Notes: generated by a model not told the origin, from the sequence alone. Positions 19,535-29,561 are shown, counted from the first letter of the stretch. The stretch is DNA of 64,000 nucleotides from an uncultured Bdellovibrionales bacterium (GCA_964348835.1 CAYGEA010000001.1:5201-69200), one strand, 5' to 3'. Made by a program: numbers and translations.

Positions 19535-20614
19535 TCAGGCTACTTGTTTCATAAAAATATTCAATGCTTCGACGTAGAGACGCGCGACAATATTCCAATG
19601 ATAGGTCGTTCTGGTATACTGACGCGCACGTTCTCCGAGAGCTCGGCGTCCGCTCTCGTTTTCGATAAGCAACAAGATGGCTTTCTGGAAGGCTTCCGCA
19701 TTCTCTGGCTCGACAAGAATCCCATTCTCATTATGACAGATAGCATCAGAGAGTCCTTCCAGATCAGAGGCGACCACGGGACGTCCGCAGGCAGTCGCCT
19801 CGATAACCGCGATGCCGAAACCCTCCATATCACCGGGAACACGGATGTTCGGCTGAATGAAGATGTCCGCGGTATTCAAAAGAAGATTGCGAGTGGTATC
19901 CGTCACGCGACCGAGCAGCCTCACCTGATCCTGCGTTTTTGTCTCTTGTATCACTTGCTTGATGTTCTCTTCTTCCGGTCCGCTGCCGGCCAATACATAC
20001 AAAACGTTTTTCGGAAGATTCGGAAGCACTTCCCGGATAAACCACGCCGCCCCCTTGCGTTTGGCGAGACGACCGGCGGTCAGCAGTACTTGTTTGTCCG
20101 TGATATCGACGCCGAGCACTGTCGCCAAATCATTCCGCGCGTAGCTGCCTTCTAGGGCTTCCGTATCGACGCCATTATTGATCACCACTATTTTTTCTTG
20201 CGGAATATTTTTTTCAAGAGCGGTTGCTCGGGTTTCACCGCTTACCGTAATCAAGCCATCCAACGCCGGAATAAGGTGCTTCACCCAGAGAGATTGGTAC
20301 AGAGTATTTTCATAGAGAATATCCAGACCGTGCAAGATCGCTACAACCGGCTTCTTCGGATACAGAATTTTGATGATATATCCGACAATCGCCAGGACAC
20401 CATCGCCCAAAAGTATGACGTCATAACGGTGAGCAATAAACAGTGTTCGAAGCGTGACATACGGCAGAAAAAAAGGCAATGCTTTCTTGCCATACCGATT
20501 GGCAAGCGTATCGGTGATGGCAAAGCGCTTGAGCCATACCGAAAGCTCATAATTCTGATTCTCGATACCACCGGTCACCGGCGGATACGCGCGCGAAATG
20601 AAAAGAATCTTCAT
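19535..20614 (-). CDS. GT4 family glycosyltransferase
   Basis: Begins MKILFISRAYPPVTGGIENQNYEL, which is typical of GT4. Contains a C-terminal GFGIAVIEATACGRPVVASD donor-binding motif. Confidence 0.75.
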   Translation of the reverse strand: MKILFISRAYPPVTGGIENQNYELSVWLKRFAITDTLANRYGKKALPFFLPYVTLRTLFIAHRYDVILLGDGVLAIVGYIIKILYPKKPVVAILHGLDILYENTLYQSLWVKHLIPALDGLITVSGETRATALEKNIPQEKIVVINNGVDTEALEGSYARNDLATVLGVDITDKQVLLTAGRLAKRKGAAWFIREVLPNLPKNVLYVLAGSGPEEENIKQVIQETKTQDQVRLLGRVTDTTRNLLLNTADIFIQPNIRVPGDMEGFGIAVIEATACGRPVVASDLEGLSDAICHNENGILVEPENAEAFQKAILLLIENESGRRALGERARQYTRTTYHWNIVARLYVEALNIFMKQVA

Positions 20615-20672
20615 GAGGTTACAAGTCTTATAAAGTAAGACCCTTCGACAAGCTCAGGGTGATACTGCTGTG

Positions 20673-21626
20673 TCATTTCCGGTAGCGTTCCTTCTTGAGC
20701 TGATACATCAGGTCTTCGGTCAGCATCCGGCTCGATTTGATCATATCAGCGATGAAGGCGAAGATAAGGAGCTGAATACCAATAATGAACATAATACTGG
20801 AAATGAGAAGGTAATTCAGATACGGAGTGACTTTGAGTCCGCTGGCAAAATACTGTATGAGAAAAAGGGTGAATCCGATGAATGCCAATACGATGAGAAT
20901 GAATGCCGGTACGCCGAAAAATTTCATCGGCCTGACATCGCGCACGGCTTTGAGAATGATGCGCGCGCTGTTATTGACGAAGCTGTAGACGCTTTTGACG
21001 ATCTTCGACTTGCGATCGGCAAAATAGGTGACCTGCACCGGCACCCAGAGGATGCGCAGATTTTTGCCGACGGCATCAATAATCGTTTCCTGCGTGTACG
21101 TAAAGCCCGTCGGGTTGTTCAGACGCAGAAGTGTTTCTCGGCTGTGAGCGCGAAAACCGCAGGTCAGGTCATCTGTTTTTACATTGAGAAACGAGCCGAC
21201 GAGTGAAGCCCCAAGACGGTTGAAAAAATCCTTGATCCACGGAATATTCTGAGCAGACGATTGAGAAAACCGGTCACCAACGACCATATCCGCCTGATTC
21301 TGGAGAATCGGATCGATGAGCTTCTGAATTTCTCCGGAATCAAATTGCCCGTCGGCATCGATATTGACCATAATATCCGCCCCTTCTTTCAGTGCGTTTT
21401 CGCTCGCCGTAGCAAACATCACGCCGAGCTTGCGATTGATGTAGTGTTTCAAAACAAAATCGGCACCGGCTTCTTTGGCAACCGCCGCGGTCCGATCCGT
21501 CGAACCGTCGTCAACCACCTGTATCAACACTTCATCGATACCGCTGTAATGACGGGGCATATTTGTGATGGTCTTTCCGATAACCGCCTCTTCATTGAAA
21601 GCGGGGATGTTGATAATCAGTCTCAT
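20673..21626 (-). CDS. GT2 polyprenol-phosphate sugar synthase (DPM1/GtrB/ArnC-like), membrane anchored
   Basis: N-terminal GT2 catalytic domain (INIPAFNEEAVIGKT...QVVDDGSTDRTA...DADGQ). Two C-terminal TM helices (FFGVPAFILIVLAFIGFTLFLIQYF ... LISSIMFIIGIQLLIFAFIADMI). This architecture characterises lipid-phosphate sugar donors that feed GT-C enzymes. Confidence 0.75.
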   Translation of the reverse strand: MRLIINIPAFNEEAVIGKTITNMPRHYSGIDEVLIQVVDDGSTDRTAAVAKEAGADFVLKHYINRKLGVMFATASENALKEGADIMVNIDADGQFDSGEIQKLIDPILQNQADMVVGDRFSQSSAQNIPWIKDFFNRLGASLVGSFLNVKTDDLTCGFRAHSRETLLRLNNPTGFTYTQETIIDAVGKNLRILWVPVQVTYFADRKSKIVKSVYSFVNNSARIILKAVRDVRPMKFFGVPAFILIVLAFIGFTLFLIQYFASGLKVTPYLNYLLISSIMFIIGIQLLIFAFIADMIKSSRMLTEDLMYQLKKERYRK

Positions 21627-21636
21627 AAATATACAA

Positions 21637-21852
21637 TTACAGTTTTTGAATTTCTTTCAGGTCTTTATCGGGAAGATAGAGCATCAGTAAACCGAGCGCG
21701 ATACCTCCAAAAGCGGTAATCATTTTGTTGCCATACAGGAGGTACATATCTACCCCATCCAGTATATGCCAGATGCCTCTCCAGATAAGCACGAGACCGA
21801 TGATGATGGTCATATTTTTTGCGAGATAGTGGAGCGTGAGTTTTTCCTTCAT
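21637..21852 (-). CDS. Small two-TM membrane protein (possible GT2-associated accessory, DUF2304/GtrA-like position)
   Basis: 71 aa, two hydrophobic helices, immediately upstream and co-oriented with the GT2 synthase. No motif. Confidence 0.35.
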   Translation of the reverse strand: MKEKLTLHYLAKNMTIIIGLVLIWRGIWHILDGVDMYLLYGNKMITAFGGIALGLLMLYLPDKDLKEIQKL

Positions 21853-21864
21853 AGTGTTTTTTTA

Positions 21865-22101
21865 TTATTGTTTTTTAATAAAGAGTTTGGGATCCACGCA
21901 CTGGAAGTCGCAGTTTTCCTTGGCGCCATCAAGACCGCCTTTGATGATGTCCTTTCGACATTGATTGAGATTCTCCTGACAGGCATCTTTGCGTTCGTTC
22001 CAATAATTCAGATTGATGGCATACCCGAAATAGGGCAGGATAAAATAGGCGAGCACCGCCACGCCAGCCAGCCAGATGATGAGCTTGATGAGTGAAAACA
22101 T
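21865..22101 (-). CDS. Small Cys-containing membrane/secreted hypothetical protein
   Basis: The preferred ATG at 22101 gives MFSLIKLIIWLAGVAVLAYFILPYF... and lies 9 nt after the dehydrogenase stop. About 78 aa with five Cys. Confidence 0.35.
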   Translation of the reverse strand: MFSLIKLIIWLAGVAVLAYFILPYFGYAINLNYWNERKDACQENLNQCRKDIIKGGLDGAKENCDFQCVDPKLFIKKQ

Positions 22102-22109
22102 ATCTTTGC

Positions 22110-23396
22110 TTATCGGCCGATGCCTTTGTAAACAATACTCGCCTCCTTGAATAACGCCTTGTCCAAACAATTTTTTCCGTCGACAATGACTCTGATGCCA
22201 TGCTTGTTAAGAAGTTCTGGCGTCAGCATATCTACGAATGCCGTGTGATTGGCCGTAAGAATGAGCGCGTCACAAGCACCGAGAATCCCATCCAGCGTTT
22301 TTTGCGTAGAATCCTTCAAGACATACGGATCAAATGTCTCAACGACACAATGATGCTCATTCAGATGCTTGATAACATCCAAGGCAGGGGATTCGCGCAT
22401 ATCGTCAATATTCGCTTTGTAAGCGAGGCCGAGCACACCCACTCGCGTGCCGTTCATCGGAAGCTTCACTTCATTGAGAGCATCTTGGAGCAAGTCAACC
22501 GTATACGCTGGCATATTGCGATTGATTTCAAGTGCCAGACTGAGAAATTTATGATCAAATCCAGAGGTTTTTTTAGCATATTCCACCAAATAATATGGGT
22601 CGACGGGGATGCAATGACCTCCAATTCCGCAAGAAGGATAATGCGCCATAAAGGCAAAGGGCTTGGTAGCTGCTCCCTCAATCACATCCTTGATATCAAT
22701 CCCCAATTCTGCAAATGAGCGTGCCAATTCATTCACAAAAGCGATATTGACGTTCCGGAAGGAGTTTTCCAAAATTTTTACTGCTTCCGCCTCACGAATA
22801 GCCTTCATCGGACGAATGGGCGCGTCAACTATACTCTGATAGAACTCCAAACCGATAGCCAATCCGGTCGCATCGAGAGCACCGATAACTCGGGGGATAT
22901 TGGTAACGTTCCATTTTTTATCGCCTGGATTGATGCGCTCCGGACAATGTGCGAGATAAACATCACTGCCAAGTACCTGACCGGCTTGCTCAAAAATAGG
23001 CGCGACGATCTCTTCGCTGACACCGGGATTGACCGTTGACTCCAGCACTACCAAAGCTCCTTTCTTAAGGTTTTGAGCAACGATGCGTGTTGCGGATTCC
23101 ACTGGTCCATAATCAGGATTATGGAGCGCGTCCACGGGCGTCGGGACACAGATCAAAACAATGTCCGCTTCTTGAATTTTTTGAGGATCACTGGTCGCTT
23201 CAGGATGATATTTCTCGATACGCTCATCCAAAAATTCCTCAAAAATGGGGCTTTTGCCATCGTTGATAAGGGCGATTTTTTCATCATTCGTATCAAACCC
23301 GATGACCCGATAACCCCGTTCCTTGGCGCGTACGGCAAGAGGGAGACCGACATAACCTAACCCGATCACCGCTACGGTTTTTTCACTGTTCTTCAT
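22110..23396 (-). CDS. Nucleotide-sugar (UDP-glucose/GDP-mannose family) 6-dehydrogenase
   Basis: N-terminal Rossmann VAVIGLGYVGLPLA and catalytic Cys segment GIGGHCIPVDPYYL. 428 aa. It is the first gene of the long minus-strand glycan operon. Confidence 0.8.
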   Translation of the reverse strand: MKNSEKTVAVIGLGYVGLPLAVRAKERGYRVIGFDTNDEKIALINDGKSPIFEEFLDERIEKYHPEATSDPQKIQEADIVLICVPTPVDALHNPDYGPVESATRIVAQNLKKGALVVLESTVNPGVSEEIVAPIFEQAGQVLGSDVYLAHCPERINPGDKKWNVTNIPRVIGALDATGLAIGLEFYQSIVDAPIRPMKAIREAEAVKILENSFRNVNIAFVNELARSFAELGIDIKDVIEGAATKPFAFMAHYPSCGIGGHCIPVDPYYLVEYAKKTSGFDHKFLSLALEINRNMPAYTVDLLQDALNEVKLPMNGTRVGVLGLAYKANIDDMRESPALDVIKHLNEHHCVVETFDPYVLKDSTQKTLDGILGACDALILTANHTAFVDMLTPELLNKHGIRVIVDGKNCLDKALFKEASIVYKGIGR

Positions 23397-23499
23397 AGGA
23401 AGTATTCACTGGAACGAAATGAAGGATACACTTCTTTTCATTATAGGTGAAATACTTCATATTGGCAATCAATACGGCTCTTTTTCGTACTCCTCATCC

Positions 23500-23528
23500 T
23501 TGACAAGAAAGAGGGGAGAGGATATTAT
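23500..23528 (+). promoter_or_regulatory. Sigma70-like promoter (TTGACA -17- TATTAT) for the plus-strand gene cluster
   Basis: TTGACA at 23500..23505, a 17-nt spacer, then TATTAT at 23523..23528. This is a divergent intergenic region. Confidence 0.5.
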
Positions 23529-23532
23529 TCAT

Positions 23533-23556
23533 CTTTCCAAGCACGTGCTTGGAAAG
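23533..23556. promoter_or_regulatory. Perfect 24-bp palindrome (candidate dimeric-regulator operator) overlapping the transcription start region
   Basis: CTTTCCAAGCAC|GTGCTTGGAAAG has 12-bp arms that are exact reverse complements. It starts 5 nt downstream of the -10 hexamer. Confidence 0.5.
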
Positions 23557-23605
23557 AGAAAAAGGTATTCCAAAATGTTCACTTAACAATAGAGGAGTGA
23601 GTGCT

Positions 23606-24148
23606 ATGATGCAGGAAACAAGATTACTCAAGCCTGTATGTGAGATAACTATCAATCAAGAATTTTCTCCTCAGGACGCCTATGCTTTTCTCCATTCTTC
23701 CACGTTTCATTCTTCTCTCTCCGTTGATTCTGTTTTCGCTCTACAGATAATGCTCAACAGCATTAAAGCAAAAAAGGGATCGGCGAAGAGGAGTTACGCC
23801 CAGTGCATCATCAAAAGAAACACGGCCTACAAAAATCTGCAGAAGGAACGCAGAGTACAAGGATATCCTCTCGGTCAGTATGAAGACATCATATTTTTCC
23901 TCAAAGCGACTCTTGAGGGAACGTGTGGCTTTCTCCGTAAGTATGAGATAAACAATTTTTACACGGAACATCTCGGAGCGGATGGCAAAAAAGGTACGAA
24001 GAACGTGCTCCGTGTCAAAATAAAATGGTGCCAAGAGTATTCTCAGTGGAATATTACCACTGTGGCTGTTTCTCCAAACACCACTCAACTGGCTGAGACG
24101 ATACTGGCCGTCCCATATGAGAGTCATTATTTCGATACCATCTCCTGA
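23606..24148 (+). CDS. Hypothetical protein
   Basis: ATG ATG preceded by GAGGAG (aatagaggagtgagtgctATGATG). About 180 aa. No recognisable domain. Confidence 0.35.
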   Translation: MMQETRLLKPVCEITINQEFSPQDAYAFLHSSTFHSSLSVDSVFALQIMLNSIKAKKGSAKRSYAQCIIKRNTAYKNLQKERRVQGYPLGQYEDIIFFLKATLEGTCGFLRKYEINNFYTEHLGADGKKGTKNVLRVKIKWCQEYSQWNITTVAVSPNTTQLAETILAVPYESHYFDTIS

Positions 24149-24331
24149 ATACTCGATTGGCAATTCTTCCTGCCAGCCTCTGTCGCCGCAACACGGTTTC
24201 AGAGGTATTTTTTTTGTTGACGTTTCCGTACACTAAAACCGCAGTGTCAAGTGAAAGGAGCATAATCAGTTGTTCATTGACCTGAAAAAATTCTTACGGA
24301 AAGAAAAAAGAATAGTGCCACAGCCGATTTT

Positions 24332-25582
24332 TTGGTACAATACTTCTATATGCGTATCGGAATCAATGCTTCATTTTTGCGCAAGCCTGGCACGGGGATC
24401 GGTCAGGTGACTTTTAACTTTTTGGAAAAGTTAAAAGAATTTTCAATTTTCAATTTTCAATTTTCAAACGATGAATCGACCGAATTTTTTATTTATACTG
24501 AATCAGAATTTTTAGCACAGGATTATCCAAGAAACTTTCATTTCAAGAATTTCTTACCGTTTTGGAAACGGGACGATGTGATACGTAAGTGGCTCTGGGA
24601 ACGACAGGTGGCGCGCGAGGCAATGAAAGACGGCTGCGACGCCTTCATCAGCCTGTACCAGTCATCGACGGTATTTCCTGCGTCACTTATCAATCATCAG
24701 AGATCATCAGTACATCACACGATGGTCGTGCACGACATCATCCCGAGGTTATTTCCCAGCTACCGTGGCAACCTGCGCCAGGCGTGGCACTGGAAAATGG
24801 TGGAACAGGGGATCACTCAAGCTGATCATATTGCAGCAGTATCACAGCAGACAAAAAATGACCTCGTTCGCGAGCTTCATATTCCGGAAAGCAAAATATC
24901 TGTAACCTCTCCGTCCGTGGCACCGCGCTTCCAGCAAAGAATTTCCCAAGAAACACTGGCAACGATATTGCAAAAATATGGTCTCTCGGAAGGATATATC
25001 TACCATGGCGGGGGACTAGAGATACGCAAAAATACGGAAACGCTTTTGCGGGCGTATAAGTCGCTTTGCGACAGGATACAGGATACAGGATACATGATGC
25101 AAGATAAAAAGGATTCAAATATTACTGTTCCACTGTTGGTAATTACTGGAAAAATTTTCAATAAAACCAACAAGTTGGCGACGGATGTCACGGGACTGAT
25201 ACAGGAGTTACAGCTGGAAGGAAAGGTGAGACTTCTTGGTTTTGTGGCGGACGAGGATATGCCCGCCCTGTATCAGGGAGCGTCGTTTTTCGTTTACCCA
25301 TCGCTCTACGAAGGTTTTGGATTACCAGTCCTCGAAGCGCTTTCTCTGGGAGTACCTACGCTGACTTCCGCCGTCTCCTCGCTGCCGGAGGTCGGTGGAG
25401 ATGCGGTTATCTATGCCGATCCAGAGAGCATCAAAGATGTGGCGCGACAGATGACGCGCTTGCTCACCGATGAGACGCTCCGCGCCACCCTCAGTGCCAA
25501 AAGTAGGGAGCAGGCGCGGCTTTTCAACTGGGAACCTTTCGTACGAAATATCTTGACAATCATACAAGAGTCACGACAATGA
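24332..25582 (+). CDS. GT4 family glycosyltransferase
   Basis: An alternative start is MRIGINASFLRKPGTGIGQ at 24350, which is a typical GT4 N-terminus. The C-terminus carries FVYPSLYEGFGLPVLEALSLGVPTLTS. The gene contains the heptamer repeat listed separately. Confidence 0.75.
   Translation: MVQYFYMRIGINASFLRKPGTGIGQVTFNFLEKLKEFSIFNFQFSNDESTEFFIYTESEFLAQDYPRNFHFKNFLPFWKRDDVIRKWLWERQVAREAMKDGCDAFISLYQSSTVFPASLINHQRSSVHHTMVVHDIIPRLFPSYRGNLRQAWHWKMVEQGITQADHIAAVSQQTKNDLVRELHIPESKISVTSPSVAPRFQQRISQETLATILQKYGLSEGYIYHGGGLEIRKNTETLLRAYKSLCDRIQDTGYMMQDKKDSNITVPLLVITGKIFNKTNKLATDVTGLIQELQLEGKVRLLGFVADEDMPALYQGASFFVYPSLYEGFGLPVLEALSLGVPTLTSAVSSLPEVGGDAVIYADPESIKDVARQMTRLLTDETLRATLSAKSREQARLFNWEPFVRNILTIIQESRQ
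24438..24465 (+). repeat. Heptanucleotide tandem repeat (AATTTTC)x4 inside the GT4 coding sequence
   Basis: Read directly: aattttc aattttc aattttc aattttc, encoding FSIFNFQFS. The unit length is not a multiple of 3. Confidence 0.85.
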
Positions 25583-27186
25583 AAATACCTATCGATTTCA
25601 AAAATGTAGTGCCGGCACTCTCTTTCGGATGGAGTGCCAATAAAATATGCCTGGTGTTTCTCAATATGTTGATCGGGTCTGTTTTGATCGTACTCTCTTA
25701 TATGGGAGCACTGACAATCGATCCCATCGACTTTCTTTTTTTCTCTTTTGTGGGCTTTTTACTGGCGCTTTATCGTCCGGGCTGGGCGTTCCTGCTCTTT
25801 GTCGGGATGTTGCCGTACGAAAATATCAATATCGCGCCGGAAAGTTTCGGGCTCCATCTCCGCCCGTACCAGTGGCTCGTGGTACTCGTGGCTTTGGCAC
25901 TTTTGGTACGCCTGCTCTTCAAACGTTTTCCGCTGGAAAAGTTCGTGCCGAATGTCTGGGATATACTCCTCCTGATTTTTACGATAAGCGCCTTCGTTTC
26001 CGCGCTGATCAGCACTGGTCAAGGAGCGATGAAACAAAGCGTCATTCTCCTTTCATTCCTCTTGCTCTATTTTGTCTGTCGTATCTTTGTGCGCTCTCTC
26101 GATGACGTACGGATGCTGCTGCCATTCATCTTTTCTTCTCTCCTCGTCGTTGCCTGTTATGCGATCATCCAGAATATCCTGTTTCTTTCCGGAAAAGAGA
26201 GTCTGGAAGTGATGGCGGGGCGTCCCAACGCGACGTTTACGGAAGCGGATTGGCTGGGCGGGTATCTCGCGGTGCTGGTCGCGACGCTGACGGCACTTAC
26301 CGTATCGCCTTCCTTGGTTGCCAAGTATATTTCACTTCGCAAGGCCCGTATTCTTTTTTCGCTCCTTTTGTTTGTTGGTTTTTTGGCGCTGATCATCACT
26401 GTCAGCCGCAGCGCCTGGCTGGCAGCCTTCGTGGGCATAATCCTTGCTCTCGGAATATTTGCCTGGCAGAGAGGCTTATTTGATGCATTTCGTTTCTGGA
26501 ACAGATATGTTCTCACAAGAGCGCTCCTTTTGAAACTGTTTATTGCTATTCCTTTTTTGACGGCGCTCCTCTTGATTGCTGTCACCGGTTTGACGCCATT
26601 CGACCTCTTTGACCGAGGCAAAAGCTTGACCTCGGGAGAACAAAAAATAACTATCGCCTGCCGACAAGAGATCGCTCTGCCCGAAAGAATAGAGCATCTC
26701 ACGGAGCTCGCCCCCTACGATTGCGAGCATATCCGTTTGGAAGAACGGGCGGAGCAACAGGCAAACGGAGCCTACATCACGGAAATATTTCGTACCGATC
26801 CCAATGTCAGCATCCGTCAGGATATTTACGGGAAAACCATCAGTATCCTCAGAGAACACTGGTGGAGCGGCATCGGTTTCGGAGTGATTTCAGACTCCCT
26901 CGGGACAGACGGGCGGGGAGCAGGATTGAATGCCAGCAATATCTTTTTGGAAATATGGCTCGGTACTGGAATGATCGGATTCATCGCGTTCGTCATATTC
27001 TGGCTCGGACTGGGATGGAAACATTTCTCGATCGCCATCAAAAAACATTCATCTTTGGCACTTGTGCTCACTGCTGTCTGGGTATGCGTCACCGTATTCA
27101 ATCTTTTCAATTCCGGATTGTTTCTCGGCTGGCTGTTCTTTTTTCTGGCCTGCCTCGCAATGAACGATCAAGAAACCTATGAATAA
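25579..27186 (+). CDS. O-antigen ligase / Wzy-like glycan polymerase family membrane protein
   Basis: 535 aa and polytopic. Contains the characteristic ITVSRSAWLAAFVGIILALGIF periplasmic-loop/TM segment. Its start overlaps the upstream GT4 stop. Confidence 0.6.
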   Translation: MKIPIDFKNVVPALSFGWSANKICLVFLNMLIGSVLIVLSYMGALTIDPIDFLFFSFVGFLLALYRPGWAFLLFVGMLPYENINIAPESFGLHLRPYQWLVVLVALALLVRLLFKRFPLEKFVPNVWDILLLIFTISAFVSALISTGQGAMKQSVILLSFLLLYFVCRIFVRSLDDVRMLLPFIFSSLLVVACYAIIQNILFLSGKESLEVMAGRPNATFTEADWLGGYLAVLVATLTALTVSPSLVAKYISLRKARILFSLLLFVGFLALIITVSRSAWLAAFVGIILALGIFAWQRGLFDAFRFWNRYVLTRALLLKLFIAIPFLTALLLIAVTGLTPFDLFDRGKSLTSGEQKITIACRQEIALPERIEHLTELAPYDCEHIRLEERAEQQANGAYITEIFRTDPNVSIRQDIYGKTISILREHWWSGIGFGVISDSLGTDGRGAGLNASNIFLEIWLGTGMIGFIAFVIFWLGLGWKHFSIAIKKHSSLALVLTAVWVCVTVFNLFNSGLFLGWLFFFLACLAMNDQETYE

Positions 27187-28357
27187 TATCCGGAAAACAA
27201 TCGCCATCGATATCCGCCTGCTCGGTCGGAAACGCACCGGGGATGAAATGGTGTTCTTCCATCTGACCAAGGAAGTTTTGAAGATTGACAGGTATAATCA
27301 GTACCGTTTGCTGACTGATGAAACAGACACAGAAAAATTGCGGGTGCTGGCCGTCCGTCTGGAATGCCTCGGACAACACAATGTAAAGATCGTCTCTCTT
27401 CCGAGCAACAATCGTTTCGCATGGAATCTCTTTACTCTTCCACGCTATCTCTTCTTCTATCAGATAGACGTTCTCCACACGCAATATATCCTGCCATTCC
27501 TCATCCCGCACCGGACCAAGATAGCCCTACACATCCACGACGTTTCATTCCGTGCCTATCCGGAACTGATCGGCTGGTCGGACCGTTTTTTTCTCGCACT
27601 CCTCATAGGCCGTTCGCTCAGGCGGGCCATGTGTATCATCGCGCCATCATCGTTCACCAAAGATGAGATCATTAGATACTACTCCATCAGGGCGGACAAA
27701 ATAGCCGTTGTTCCCAATGCCATCGGTGAGGAATTTCTCCGCGTTGCTCCTTTTACCGAGCAAGATACCGTGCGACTGAGAGAAAAATACCACCTGCCGG
27801 AACATTTCATTCTCTCTCTCGGCACGCTTCAGCCGCGAAAAAATATCCCGTTTTTAATCGGAGCTTTTGCGAAGCTAGAGGAGCGATTCCGAACTACTCC
27901 CGCTACAGGCGCTCCGCTCACGCTGGTACTGGTCGGCAATCGAAACGCTCACCATACCGATACCGCCATCGACAGGAGCATCGCCGAACACCATATCGAA
28001 AATGCGGTAGTATTTACGGGATTCATCGATCGCGATGATCTGCCTTCTGTCATACGACTGGCAGATATATTCGTTTTTCCCTCACTCTACGAAGGTTTCG
28101 GTATTCCGCTCTTGGAAGCGATGAGTCAGGGGGTAGCGGTTGCAGCTTCGGATATTCCCAGCCTGCGAGCGGTCGCCGACGATGGTGCCCTCTATTTTGA
28201 TCCAACCAATATTGCCAACTGCGAAGAAAAATTGTATACTCTTTTCATTGACTCAGAACAGAAAAAGCGCCTGATCCAGCGCGGATATGATCGCATCCGA
28301 TTTTTCTCGTGGGAAAAAAGCGCCCGACTGTTACGTGATATATATACTAAACTATAA
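27179..28357 (+). CDS. GT4 family glycosyltransferase
   Basis: C-terminal FVFPSLYEGFGIPLLEAMSQGVAVAASD motif. 392 aa. Overlaps the preceding gene by 8 nt. Confidence 0.75.
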   Translation: MNNIRKTIAIDIRLLGRKRTGDEMVFFHLTKEVLKIDRYNQYRLLTDETDTEKLRVLAVRLECLGQHNVKIVSLPSNNRFAWNLFTLPRYLFFYQIDVLHTQYILPFLIPHRTKIALHIHDVSFRAYPELIGWSDRFFLALLIGRSLRRAMCIIAPSSFTKDEIIRYYSIRADKIAVVPNAIGEEFLRVAPFTEQDTVRLREKYHLPEHFILSLGTLQPRKNIPFLIGAFAKLEERFRTTPATGAPLTLVLVGNRNAHHTDTAIDRSIAEHHIENAVVFTGFIDRDDLPSVIRLADIFVFPSLYEGFGIPLLEAMSQGVAVAASDIPSLRAVADDGALYFDPTNIANCEEKLYTLFIDSEQKKRLIQRGYDRIRFFSWEKSARLLRDIYTKL

Positions 28358-28364
28358 CCTTTTT

Positions 28365-29561
28365 ATGAATTTTAAGATCTTTTCGAAGCAGTCGTCAGGA
28401 AACAACACGACAAAGAAGCGCTGGTTGCGTATCGCTCTTTTTTTCATCGTGCTTGTAGTACTCGTCTTCGGGGTATTCGCGTGGAAAACGGGATTCATAC
28501 TGAATAAGATTTCTCAGGGCAACGCCAATATTTTTGGCAGTCTCATAAAATCGCTGCCGGGAATGGATAAAACACTCTCCGGCGAGAAAGACGGGCGCAT
28601 CAACATCCTCTTGCTCGGAATGCGAGGGGAGGGTGTCGAAGGAGGCGGACTCTTGGCAGACACGATTATGGTGCTCTCCATCCATCCGAAACAGGACGAA
28701 CAAGATACGACACGCGCTTCGATCATTTCCGTACCGAGAGACCTGTATGTCAAAGTGCCGAACCGTGAAGAGCATCGCAAAATAAACGCTGTCTACGCGT
28801 TGGGCGAAGAACGCGAGCTGCACAAGGGTGGAATGGAGGATATGCGGACAATGGTCGGCGAAGTAACCGGCCTCGATATTCCCTATGCCATCACCATCAA
28901 TTTTCAGGGCTTCAAAGATCTGGTCAACGCGCTGGGCGGGATTAATGTTACGCTGACTGAGCCATTCGAAGAAAATATGCAGTTCCGCGAGCCGCACGTC
29001 TGCGACTCGTATGTGTTCACCGTCCCGACCAAGCCGCCGCAGTTTGAGCACAAATACCATACCAGAAAAGATGGATCACGCTATATTGCCGAAAGCTATC
29101 CGCTCTGCTATAACCCCAACCTCGAATGCGGGGGTGCTTTCAAACTTTCAGCCGGTGAAAATATGCTCGATGGCGACAAAGCCCTTTGTTATGCCAGATC
29201 ACGTGTCACCTCCAACGACTTTGAACGAGCGAAGCGCCAGCAACAGGTCATCCAGTCCATCAAAGACAAAGCGTTGGCAACCGGTACACTGACCAGCTTC
29301 GACACGATCAATAACGTGCTGGACAGTCTCGGCAATAATATCCGGACAAATCTGGAAGCGTGGGAAATGAAACGCTTCGTGGAGCTGTACCAAAAAGTCG
29401 GCAACGAATCAAAGGTCGTGCAGAAAGTCCTCGATACGACTGAGGAAGGACTGCTCTATCATCCGGAAAACAGCGCGCCGGAAGCCGGATATATTCTCCT
29501 GCCTCGCAATGATACGTACGACCGTATCCACGAACTCTTCAAAAACTCGCTCAACCCTTAA
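28365..29561 (+). CDS. LytR-CpsA-Psr (LCP) family cell-wall glycopolymer transferase
   Basis: TM anchor, then NILLLGMRGEGVEGGGLLADTIMVLSIHP...SIISVPRDLYV, the signature N-terminal LCP region. I prefer ATG 28365, 8 nt after the upstream stop. The ORF-track start at 28287 overlaps the preceding gene. Confidence 0.75.
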   Translation: MNFKIFSKQSSGNNTTKKRWLRIALFFIVLVVLVFGVFAWKTGFILNKISQGNANIFGSLIKSLPGMDKTLSGEKDGRINILLLGMRGEGVEGGGLLADTIMVLSIHPKQDEQDTTRASIISVPRDLYVKVPNREEHRKINAVYALGEERELHKGGMEDMRTMVGEVTGLDIPYAITINFQGFKDLVNALGGINVTLTEPFEENMQFREPHVCDSYVFTVPTKPPQFEHKYHTRKDGSRYIAESYPLCYNPNLECGGAFKLSAGENMLDGDKALCYARSRVTSNDFERAKRQQQVIQSIKDKALATGTLTSFDTINNVLDSLGNNIRTNLEAWEMKRFVELYQKVGNESKVVQKVLDTTEEGLLYHPENSAPEAGYILLPRNDTYDRIHELFKNSLNP

